Assembly (NCBI GenBank): GCA_048213135.1
Contig: PS015545.1
Coordinates: forward strand, 41,465 to 80,159
Direction: 5' to 3'
Length of the DNA: 38,695 bases
Origin: Reclinomonas americana ATCC 50394
Taxonomy: Eukaryota
Shown here piece by piece: positions 28,714 through 38,695 of this stretch (positions within the stretch are counted from its first letter, which is position 1; every line of letters starts with the position of its first letter). The notes below the pieces were generated by a model, which saw only the letters and a program-made list of their open reading frames with translations, was not told the DNA's origin and did no database searches. A program made the translations under genes and the position numbers.

Positions 28714-31164
28714 ATGAAGCGTAGCGCAACCGAGAGCATTGAGGACGGCGACGGCAGCGGTGGCGACAGCGGTGGCGGTGGCGAGAGCCCACCACAAAAG
28801 CGCAGCAAGAACGGCGGTGATGACGCTGGAGTGGCGGCGGCCTCTGCTGCTGCTGCTGCGGCTGCTGCGGCTGCTGCAAGTGGTGCAACGGGCGATGCAA
28901 CTGCGGCCGGTGGCAGTGCAAGTGCGGCGGCACCGGCGGCGGCCAAGCCTGCGGCGACATCGCAGGCATGTTTGGACTTGCACTCTGTCTCTCGCGCACT
29001 CTCAGTCCATGCGAGACCTGTTCGGCGTTTGTGTGTGTGCATAGAGAGAATTGTGTCTTTTTGTGTGTGCATCAAAGTGTGTGTGTGTGTTGTGCGCGTG
29101 TGATGGCGCGCGCGAGAGTGTTTGCCTTGTGTCGTCTGCGGACATGGCGCGCACACTCACTCAATTGCACTCTCTCTCTCTCTCTCTCCCACTCTCTGCA
29201 TGTTTGAGAGATAGAGTGATACTGCATGATTGCACTTGTCTCACACACGCTGTTTTGTTGTTTGTTGTTGACTGCGCGCAGACGTTCACTGCCAAGGACT
29301 ACTCGTCGTCGGCTGACATGCTGCTGAAGAACGGAAGGTGAGAGTGTCTGTGACATGCATTGTCGACTTTTTGGTCATATGTGACTGACTGATGGTGATG
29401 TGTTATTTGCATTTAGGGTCGATGATGCACTCAAGTATGCCGAGGTGGCTGTGCGAATGGACAAGGATATGGCTGACGTTGCGTGTTCTGTGTGTGTGAG
29501 AGAGAGAGAGAAAGAGAGACGACGTGCCTCTTGTTTCTCTGCATCCGTGTTTTGAGAGTGCGCCTTACAATGCGTGCGTGTAGGGCTGGCGCGCTCGCGG
29601 TGACGTGCTGATGAAGCTCGGGCAGCTGAGCGAGGCCGAAAAGTCGTACAGGGTCGGCTTGGCTCTCGAGCCTGGCAAGTTTCGTGGCATATTGACTCTT
29701 CCGTATGTTGGTTCGCTCGTTGCTCACTTGCCTGTCGTGCAGTGCGCACATGCAGGCGCAACTGCAGCAGATTGCTGCGGCTGAGCAAATCCGCGCTCCG
29801 ACGGCGGCTCCTTGTTGCGTTGTGTCGCTTTGTTTTTCCCCCGCCTCTTTTGTGGTCGTTCTCACTCCATGTCTCTTGATATGCGCAGACACGGTGGAGG
29901 ATGGCAAGTGCAGCTACGATGCTGGCTACGTGGAGCAGAATGTGTATGTGTGCCTGACCTGCAACGAGTTGTACGGACACGTGAGTTTTTCTGAATCCGC
30001 CTCGGTCCCTTGGTGTTTTGTGGGCTCACTGGTTGTGCACAGACGGCGGGAATCTGTGAAGAGTGCTCGACACAGTGCCACGAGGATGCCGGTCACGAGG
30101 TGGAGAATATCGGCATGCGCCGCAATTTCCGCTGCGACTGCGGCAACAGCAAATTCAAGAAGGGCAGCAAGCGGTGCGAATGCCAGCTCTACCCTTCGGA
30201 AAAGGATCACGCAAATCCGCTCAACGAATACGGTGTGCACCCTCACTCCCTTTCATTATTCGTTTTTGCCTCTCGCTGACCCTGTCGCCCCTCTCGATAG
30301 GCCCGTCATTCTCTGGTCGCTACTGCTTCTGCAATCGCGAAGACTCTGGCGACGAGGGCTACGTGCAGTGCACGCGCTGCCAAGAGTGGTTCCACTACGC
30401 TTGCTTGGGAATCGCTGGCGTGGTGCGTGTGTGTTTTTCCGATTTGCTTTTCTTCTCAGTGATCCTAACTCTGCGTGCCGGAACACAGGAACACTCGACG
30501 ATTGAATCCTCCGCCAATGCCTACCCGTTCCTGTGCCTCAACTGCATGAATACGTTTGCACCGTTTTTGCAACCGTACCCGCATCAGCGGTTCACCGAGG
30601 CCATCCAGCGCAACACGCTCACAATGAATGGTGAGGCGTGTGCCCGCTTCGCTCTCTCGCGCCACTATTAATTGATTTCCTCCCTTGGCGCGCAGGCGAC
30701 ATTGTGCACTGGACGACGCAACACGGCAGCTTTGTGCACCCGCTGCTGACCGATCGACTCGGCCCAAGGGAGCGCGACGAATTGCTGCGCACGATGCCGT
30801 TCTGGGAGACCCTGGAGGAGGTGCAGAATGCGCGCAAGCGTTTGCTGGTGGTGCGCGATCTAGGTGGCCAAGTGGACGCCCAAGTCGAGCATGTCAAGCA
30901 AATGAGGCAGGAGATGGCGCAGGTCACTGACGGTGACCGTCTGTCGTTCTTGTCGGTGGAGCTGCAAAAGAAGATGCAAGAGGCGGTGAACACGCATGCC
31001 AGGTTGCTCGCGGTGCAAGCCGGTCGCCGTCAAGTGTCGGAGCAGGTGCGTGTATCTTGTTTTTCCTCCCACGCTCCCCCTTTGTGAGTCGCTGACACAT
31101 GGTGGTGATGCAGGACGTGCAAAAGGCCGCCGAGGAAATCCACAAGCGGGCAGAACGCAAGTGA
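28714..31164 (+). CDS. UBR7: UBR7-like E3 ligase (UBR box + PHD) with N-terminal TPR repeats
   Basis: TPR-like exons 29282-29678 read ADMLLKNGRVDDALKYAEVAVRMDKDMADGWRARGDVLMKLGQLSEAEKSYRVGLALEPGN. The UBR box reads CSYDAGYVEQNVYVCLTC...GICEECSTQCH...HEVENIGMRRNFRCDCGNSKF. The PHD reads GRYCFCNR...VQCTRCQEWFHYACL...FLCLNCM. The TGA ends at 31164. Confidence 0.87.
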
Positions 31165-31182
31165 TTTGCTTCCTCTGCCATC

Positions 31183-31213
<31 letters not shown>

Positions 31214-31219
31214 TTGTTG
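31183..31219. repeat. (GCT)9(GTT)3 microsatellite just after the UBR7-like stop
   Basis: Read directly from the sequence. Confidence 0.9.
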
Positions 31220-31519
31220 ATGCTCCTGTGCCTCGTTCAGCTCTCGTGTAGTTTCACGTTGCATATGTTTGTGTCTGTGTGTCCGTCTGTCTCTGTCTGT
31301 GTGTGCATTTGCGGCGAGTGTGCCGGGCGAGCGTGCATCAATCTTCTCTTCGCCACGCCTGCTCCGGCGCCTCGTCGACTTTACTCTTCCCACTATTTTC
31401 CTTTGCTGTTCTCGATCCCCTCCGTTTGCATCGCCAACAAATGTATCACGTGAGAGAATCCGGGAATCTTGATCGATCGACGCACAACCACAGTTCACTG
31501 CAGCGCGAGGCAAAGCACA

Positions 31520-33396
31520 ATGGTTCTCTTTTGCTGCATCTCACGCATCCTCGCGCGCTCTGTACGCTCACTCACTCTCTTTCTCTCTCTGTGTGTCTGT
31601 GTGTGTGTGCGTGACATGCCCGAGCACAGTCGGACCCCGCTTCCTCTTCCTCCTCTTCCTCCTCAACTCCGGCCCCGCACCGCGAGCTGACCTACCGCTC
31701 GTACTTGAGCATCGACACGCTGCTGTCGATGCAGAACGGAGGCAGCAATGGGCATCTGCATTTCCACGAAGAGCATCTGTTCATGGTCGTGCACCAAGTT
31801 GCGAATCTCACTCTCTTCTCAGTGTGTCTTGTGTGTCTCTCACAGGGGGTATGAAATAGGCATTTGAGCTGTGGTTCAAGCAAGTGATTTTCGATTTGCG
31901 ACCTGTGCTGGATGCGGTGCATGAGGCGGTGTCGGCCTCGCCGCCGACTCTGATCAGCACCTCGCAGGCGAATGACTGTGCGGCCAAGCTGGAGCGCGTG
32001 AATATGGTCCTGCGCTTCACGATGGGGTCAGTAGGGGAGAAGGAGGGACAGAAAAAGGGTGGAAGACAAGTATCACTCCTTCCCTTGTCTTTCGCTCTCT
32101 CTCTCGCACACACACGCTGGAGTCAGTAGGAGGAGGGAGACAGCGGAGAGTGACAAGGGAGGGGAGGAGGCAGGGAGCCAAATATCCTTCTTTCTTCCGG
32201 AATTCCCTTCCTTCTTGACACAAGCAGGAGGGCGAGAGGAGTGTATCCTTCCATCTTTCGCTTCCCCTGATCTGATCTGACTTGCGCGGCAGACAATTCG
32301 ACCTGCTGGAGACCATGCATCCGTGCGAGTTCCACGAGTTCCGCGACTTTATCGGGCCGGCGTCGGGCTTCCAGAGCGAGCAGATGCGTGTCATTGAGAT
32401 CATGATGGGCCTCAGCGACTCGGAGCGCTTCATGTCGGGCACGTCGCCGTATTTGGAGAGCTTTGAGCCGGATCAGCGGGAGCGGCTGTTGACCTTGCAC
32501 CGCGGGCCCAACCTGCGCCGTGTGATGCAGCAGTTGTTGTCGCAGGTGCCGGTGCCGGCGCGCTTCCGACCGGCGTTTTTGGATGCCAAGCGGCGCAGTT
32601 TGATCGAGCAAAAGGTGTACTGGTTTGGCATCGAGCGCCGTCCAGAGATCGAAAAGGCCGCCAACCTCGGTTCGTTCACATACTTGCGCGCGCGCTCTTG
32701 TCGTACGTTCTCATCTTGCCTCCAGAAATCCGCAAGACTGAGATGATGATGGAGGGCAAGGATCTCGAGTTGGACACGGTGGATCGGTACGCAGACGTGC
32801 CGCGCGTGTGCAGATGGAACGAGGGTCTGCCAGCTGCTGCCGATGCCGGCAAGGATCGCGTCGACAAGCGCGCCGACCAGCACGAGCCGGCACCGGCTCC
32901 AGTCGCCGGCAATGGGTCACCAACGCTCACATCGGCCGCCGCCACTCTGGGCGCAGAACCTCTGGAGTGCCCTCATCACCGCCTGTCGCCGGCCGAGGTT
33001 CCGGCAGACGAGCGCGCGCAGCGGCTGCGAGCGCGTATGGGTGCTCTCTTTGTGCAGTCGTACCGGCACGAGTCGCAATGGGCGCCGTTCGCCAAAATGA
33101 TCGACATGTGTCTGGCCATTGAGGAGGCGACGCTGGTATGGCGCAACCGGCACGTTCGCATGGTGGAGCGGTTCATTGGCCGGCGTGTTGGCACGGGTTT
33201 GTTGTTGTTGTTGTCGTCGGAAAAATACACAGTACACAAGAGTGACATGGCTCACGGTCACGTGCATGCAGGAGGCTCGTCGGGAGTCGACTACCTCGAC
33301 GCCACGACCACGTATCGCGTCTTCCAGGACTTGTGGGCGGTGTGCACCATGCTGATGAAGAACTCGGCGTTGCCGCCGCTGAGCGAGCTTCAGTGA
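31520..33396 (+). CDS. TDO2: Tryptophan 2,3-dioxygenase (eukaryotic type)
   Basis: Spliced motifs: TYRSYLSIDTLLSMQ, HEEHLFMVVHQ|AFELWFKQVIFDL, LLETMHPCEFHEFRDFIGPASGFQSEQMRVIE, GALFVQSYR, WRNRHVRMVERFIG, GTG|GSSGVDYL and YRVFQDLW. The likely start is an ATG-only exon (31520-31522) spliced to 31630. Confidence 0.94.
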
Positions 33397-33829
33397 GCGA
33401 CCGCTGCGCGTTGCAATGTGTGTTAGACCCGGTTATATACACAACGGTGTGTATTCGCTCAGTGAATCAGGCTTGCCGGGGCTTTTGTTTTGTGGTTTGT
33501 GGTGGGCGGGGAGTGGTGAGAGAATGGAAGGGTGAGGGCGAGGGGTGAGAGAAAAAGAGGGTGCATTTTTAGCTCCTTATGTACAGTCCGTGACAGTAAT
33601 TTGACAAGTCTCGTTTAGAAGTGTTTTGCTGGCATGTTTTGAGGAGGTTAGATGATAGGCGCTGTCCGCACATCAGGGCGCGGCCTTTAGTACCGCAATT
33701 CGACACAGTCAAGTGTGCACTTGACATGCCGAGCATAAAAGCCGGTCTACAGTTGTCGTGTTTTTGTTTATTTTATCAGCCACTTGCGAGAGAGAACACA
33801 CAACGCAACACATAGCACAGTGAGCCGAC

Positions 33830-36800
33830 ATGGACGGCCGCGATGCGAATGCCGAGGTTTGTTTGTTTGTCTCTTTTCTTCTCCACTGCATTCTCCTCTT
33901 CTTCTGTCTTGTCTCACCTCTCCTGTCACCCTTTGCAGTGCGGCTTGGCATGCGCGGCAGAGTACGACCAGGTGCCCTTTTTCGCCTCCCCAGTCTTCGA
34001 CCTGGCGATCAGCGTGTCGGCTCCATTGTTTGCGGCCGACGATGAGGAGAGCGTCCAAGTTGAGTCTGGTTGCCTGCGTTTGATGTGTGATGGTGCCGGT
34101 GAGCGCTCACTCCTGTGCATACAGACACGCCCTGGCCTCGACCTTGTGGCCGTCATGGACACCAGCGGATCGATGAGTGGCCAGCCGATCCAGCTGGTGA
34201 TCGACGTGTTGACGTTCATCATTGAGCGGCTGGAGCCCAAGGACCGACTGAGTGTGGTGACCTTTACGACCTCTGCCACGCTAGTGTACGACCTCACGCC
34301 TGTGGGCCACACGGAGAAGCTCGCCATGTTCCGCCATGTGGCAGCCATTCGCGCGGGTGGCGGCACCAACGTCGGTGCCGGCCTCCTCAAGGCCTTTGAT
34401 GTGCTGGAGAAACGCTCGCGAGTCAACGACGTGGGCTGCATCTTGCTGCTGACCGACGGCATGACGGCTGGTGAGCTGCGCACGGCTGACCAGTTCAGTG
34501 CGCGGATTGGCCAGCAGATGAAGCTGCTGTCGCAGCCAGTTACCATTCACACCATTGGCGTGTCGGAGTCGCACGACGCACCGCTGCTCATGGGCATTGC
34601 GGGTGCGGGTGCGGGCTCGTACAACTTTGTCGCCGACGCTGTTGGTGAGTGGCGTCGTGTTTTTTCCGCTGCTCTCTGTAACTGCTCACCACCACACTGA
34701 ATTCTCTCACAGCCATTCCCGAAGCGTTTGCCAACTGCATCGGCGGCATGGTCAGCGTTGTGGCCACGCGACTGGAGCTCACGATCGAGGTATGCTGTGC
34801 TATTCTTCTTGACACCTCTTATGCACGCCTCTCACTCCCTCTCTCCGATGCAGTGCGCTGCCGGTGTGACCATCACCTCCGTATCCACCGAACTGCGGCA
34901 GACTATCAGCGACGACCGCACGGTTGCCACTGTCAGTGTCGGCACGCTCTCAGCCGGCGAATCACGTGACCTCCCCGTCCGTGTGCAACTGCCTCGGTGC
35001 GAGGTGCCCACTGGTGAGCACAGTCGCTCTCCCATCGCCTTTTCTCCCTACCTCTCCCTCACACCCCCGCTTCCGTTGCAGACGCCTTTAATGTCGTTCG
35101 CGTGCATCTGCGTGGCGCGAACATGGTCGAGCGACGTGACGAAGTGCAAGTTCGCGTGTGCACCATCCGACGACCGGAGAACGTGCCAGCCATTCGCGCC
35201 ATCAACCTCGCCGTGGATCGCCAGCGCAACCGTGTCATTGCCAGCGAGGCGCTTCAAAAGGTGCCGTGCAGAGTGCCGTTCTTTTTTCCCTCTCCTGTTT
35301 GTGTTCATGGTGCTGACATTTCGAGTGCGCATGCGCTCCGCAGGCCGTATCGCTGTCGCAGTCGAATCGAGCTCGCATGGCGCGCGAGAGCCTCCGAAGC
35401 GCCATGGAGCGTATCCGTATCTCCGCCTCGGGTGACGAGACGTACTGCCGCGGCCTGCTGCAGGACCTTGCGCTGGCCGTGGACACTGTCAACGAGGCCG
35501 AGGAGCAGAACCAGAAATCGCTGTCGGCGGCCGGCGCTGGCCTGCTGATGGCGATTGCCATGTCACACCGATCGCAACGCGCCAGTGCGGCCAGTGGCGG
35601 TGCAGAGAAGCCCAAGTCGCGCTACGCCACCGCCTGCATGAAGGAGACACTCGAGGCGTACCAGGCCAGTCGTAAGGGCACCTCTTCTGCGTCCAGTGCG
35701 GCGGTGGAGGTCGAGGCCGAGGAGCTGCACCCGTGGACATGCGAACTGCACTTGGATCCGGCAGCCGTGGCCATGGATGCTGATGGTTTGTGTGGGTGAT
35801 TGTGTGTGTGTGTACGTGTGCTCTGTGGTCTCATCATGGTGCTTGCTGAATCACAGCTCCCACGGAAGTGGAACTGGCACTGCGGCAGCGATCGTTGTCA
35901 CCCGAGTGGTCGTGCTTCATCTCGCTGGCCAACTGGCAGGAGGACCTGATTGGCATTGGCCTTGCTGTCGAGCGACGGAAGAAGTTTGAGCGCCACCGCG
36001 GTCTTCTTCCCGACATGATTATCACCAACGACTACATCAGCGCCGCCGCCTTCAACCAGGGTGCTCGCACGCTGGTGGCTGGCGTTGCGGATCGTGAAGT
36101 CGACGAGGTTTGTTGCTGTCTCTATCTGTGTGCATTTTTCTTTTTTCCTTACCACTGCTTGCGTGCAGTCATTTGCCGTGTTGCCGGGATCGATTCCTGG
36201 AGACCGCATCAACGCCGGCCTGCTGCTGTACATTCACCCTGAACGTGAGTCCCTTTTGCTCTTCTCCCTCCTCCTTCTCCTTCTCCTTTTCCCTCAATAT
36301 CCATCCCTCTGCAGACTGGCGTGTGGCGCGCACGGTTGTGCCCAGCTGCATCTCGGTCATCGCCACCGGCCGAAACGACAAGTTCTCCCCCACCATGGTG
36401 TGTTTGTACAGTGCCTTTGCCCCTTTCCCCTCCTCGAGTGCTCACATTGATTCTCTGCGTGTGCGTGCAGGCGTTGGACGTGTGCTGCCATTTGCTGGCG
36501 CAGTCGATTGTGCGCTTCATCACCAAGAAGACGCACGTGTCGGATCGTGCCCTGCAACAGTTTGCCCACATTCACCGCGTGGGCCTCGCTCTTGCCGACG
36601 AGTATCCCAGCATTCGCAGCGGCGCAGAGCACCGGCTGCGGACGTTTATTGACAAGCCAGAGACCCGCGGGCGAGCCGGGACCCCTTCACTGGGTGATCT
36701 CGTGCAGTGCCTGCTGTTTACCGACGCAGTCTCGTGGAGTGGTGAGTGGTGGTGGTGGTGATGTGTGTGTTGATACGATGCAGTTTGTGCTGTGTCTCAC

Positions 36801-37999
36801 TTGCTGTCTGTGCAGATCTCGTCGCCCCGCTGCTGGTGCAATCTGCTGTGCGGCAGGCGCGGTACGACCTTGATGGTTTGCCGTGGCCGTCGTGGATTGT
36901 GGAGAAGCAGCGCTTGTGGGCGGAGAAGAATCCGTCGGCGAGTCCCTGGGCACCCACCTTCCACGACGACTCACACCTCGAGCTGCCGGAGGTGCCGTTG
37001 CCGGCCGATGCCGCCGAGCAGAAGCGACTCTTTGTGCAGTACTGGTACGAGGCCAAGGCCACTTCGGCCTCCTTCATGCGCTTCTTCTTGATCATCATGC
37101 GGTGCATGGCGCGTCCCGACGACCGCACGCTGCACCAAGTCAAGGAGCAATACGACCGCTGCTTTGGCCTGGTGTCGGATGCGACTCTGGCCGAGATCAC
37201 CGAGTGGGCCCGCGTGAAGCCGGATCCGCGCACTATGCAGGAGATGTTTGAGTTCTTTGGATGCCCGGCCACGGTCGACTACCTGTTCGACCTGCTGGTG
37301 GCCGCCTACCGCAAGGAGCGTCTGCGCATGTCCCGCCGTGTCGGCAGCCGTGTTCACCCGTTGGTGGGTGACGCGGCAGAGGCCGCGGCCAAGCGTCGTG
37401 CCGCTCGTCGCCAGCGTCGTCGTTGCGCATTCCGCAACTTTTTCGAGGACGACGCCGACGCGATGCCGCGGTCGATGCTGGTGCAGTGCTGGCGCGACGT
37501 CATGGACTCGGACACCGACAGCGACGATGATGACGACGACGACGTGGAGGAGATGGTCGACGCGGTGCGCGCGGAAGAAGAGGAGGCGGCGGCGATCGTG
37601 GCACCGGTGGTGGTGGTGGCGGCAGAGCGCACCATCATGTTCGGCAACCGCGTGTTCGTGCCGGCTGCCCGCTACCTGCCACACGGCTCGCTGCCACTGG
37701 ACGCTCGCTCGCTTCGCAAGCATCGTAACGAACCACCACCATCGCGCCCATACGTGCCGGTGCCTCGCGATCTCGACCTCGCAGAGACCGACACGCCCAT
37801 GGCCGATACTACTACTACACCTGCCACTGCCACTGCCAGTGCTGCTGCTGCTGCCGCCGGCGACAGCGACAGCGAGGCCGGTGGCATGGAGGAGAAGACC
37901 GCAGACGCTGTGCGCACAAACGCCCGGCGTCGTCGCCGACACCGTCGCCGTCCGTCGACAACGACGACGACGACGATGACGGAGACAGCAAAGACGTAG
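33830..37999 (+). CDS. VWA + Vwaint-like protein with a large additional C-terminal domain and a low-complexity tail
   Basis: MIDAS VWA: LDLVAVMDTSGSMSG, DRLSVVTF, GGGTNVGAGL, ILLLTDG, IHTIG. Vwaint-like: QRNRVIASEAL...SHRSQRA...YATACM. In-frame spliced exons continue from about 35857 through 36816-37999 to TAG. Start exon MDGRDANAE|gtttgt. Confidence 0.8.
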
Positions 38000-38129
38000 G
38001 TTTCAACTCACATTCCCCAACACACATCCACTAATGAATAATAGTAACCACAAGCCCTAGTGCGACTTCCGAAGACGTCCTTCATGCATAGCTTCGTTGT
38101 CCCTTTGTCCATCATCGTTTTCCGTCTCA

Positions 38130-38357
38130 ATGAGTGCTGCGGCGAGTGCCAGTGACTCCTCAGAGGAGCGCGACCACGATGTGCGACCGATGTTTGGAGA
38201 CGGGCGGCGAGTGGTGCAAGCTGGCGATCGGGTGATTGTGTATGAGCGCATGGACCAGATGAGTGGGGTGATTGTCGACCCGAAGGGCGGCCACTTCCAG
38301 TCCAAGTACGGCGCCTATCCGCACTCGGAGTGGGTCGGCGTGCCGTATGGAACGCAG
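38130..38357 (+). CDS. TRM61: tRNA (adenine58-N1)-methyltransferase catalytic subunit, first exon only (3'-partial)
   Basis: GDRVIVYERMDQMSGVIVDPKGGHFQSKYGAYPHSEWVGVPYGTQ|gtgggt matches the TRM61/GCD14 N-terminal pattern GD.VIVYE...G.FQ..YG...HS.W.G.P.G..V. Confidence 0.85.
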
Positions 38358-38367
38358 GTGGGTGGTG

Positions 38368-38445
38368 TGAGAGAGGAGAGAGGGAGAGGGAGAGGAGAGA
38401 GAGAGAGAGGGAGAGGGAGAGGGAGAGGGAGAGGGAGGAGCGAAG

Positions 38446-38492
<47 letters not shown>

Positions 38493-38571
38493 GAGAGCGA
38501 GAGGGGCACACGCACACACACGCACGCATCGTGGCTGTGATAAATGTCAGTGACTGCATCCTGCATCTCAA

Positions 38572-38609
<38 letters not shown>

Positions 38610-38621
38610 GTCCTCTCTCTC
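38368..38621. repeat. Intronic GA/GAGAGG, (GT)n and (CT)n microsatellite cluster
   Basis: Read directly from the sequence. It lies in the TRM61 first intron. Confidence 0.9.
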
Positions 38622-38695
38622 TAACGTCTCGTAACTCGCTACGTCGTACTCTCGTCTACGTCGTACGTCTCGTCGTTACGTCCTACCGTACGTAC

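Noticed and set aside
11630-38357. Idea that the UBTD-like, UBR7-like, MMS22L-like and VWA genes form a ubiquitin-related functional cluster
   Set aside because: They are interspersed with unrelated metabolic genes in mixed orientation. Ubiquitin-system genes are common enough to co-occur by chance.
38622-38695. Odd TACG/CGT-rich quasi-repeat at the window end
   Set aside because: It resembles low-quality pyrosequencing read-end noise (TACG flow order) after a microsatellite. It is not a telomere or a biological repeat.

Overview
Compact, GC-rich, intron-dense microbial-eukaryote DNA, not prokaryotic. Most introns are 60-90 nt GT-AG with a CTCAC/CTGAC/CTCAT-type branch site, so the ORF track mostly shows exon fragments. 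I spliced all gene models by eye. The first 11.4 kb is the 3' part of one giant collagen-like gene. It has 72 visible + strand Gly-X-Y micro-exons and 2 more in an inverted scaffold fragment. All are phase 0 and interrupt the triplet between X and Y. Every complete internal one is a multiple of 9 nt except one 44-nt copy. The gene ends in three tandem Cys-containing 'CP..GGG..ES.P..W.C..C(F/Y)A.C' modules. Downstream come a UBTD/DC-UbP-type UBD-only protein (+), xylulokinase (-), a small orphan (-), a homeodomain protein with a PAS-like C-terminal domain (-), MMS22L-like (-), archaemetzincin (-), a TPR-bearing UBR7-like protein (+), tryptophan 2,3-dioxygenase (+), a VWA-Vwaint protein fused to an unnamed domain (+), and the first exon of TRM61 (+). 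There are two N gaps and several microsatellites. I saw no RNA genes, CRISPR arrays or mobile elements. The best leads are the modular micro-exon collagen with its triplicated head and the homeobox-PAS factor. Family assignments come from motif recall, not database searches.
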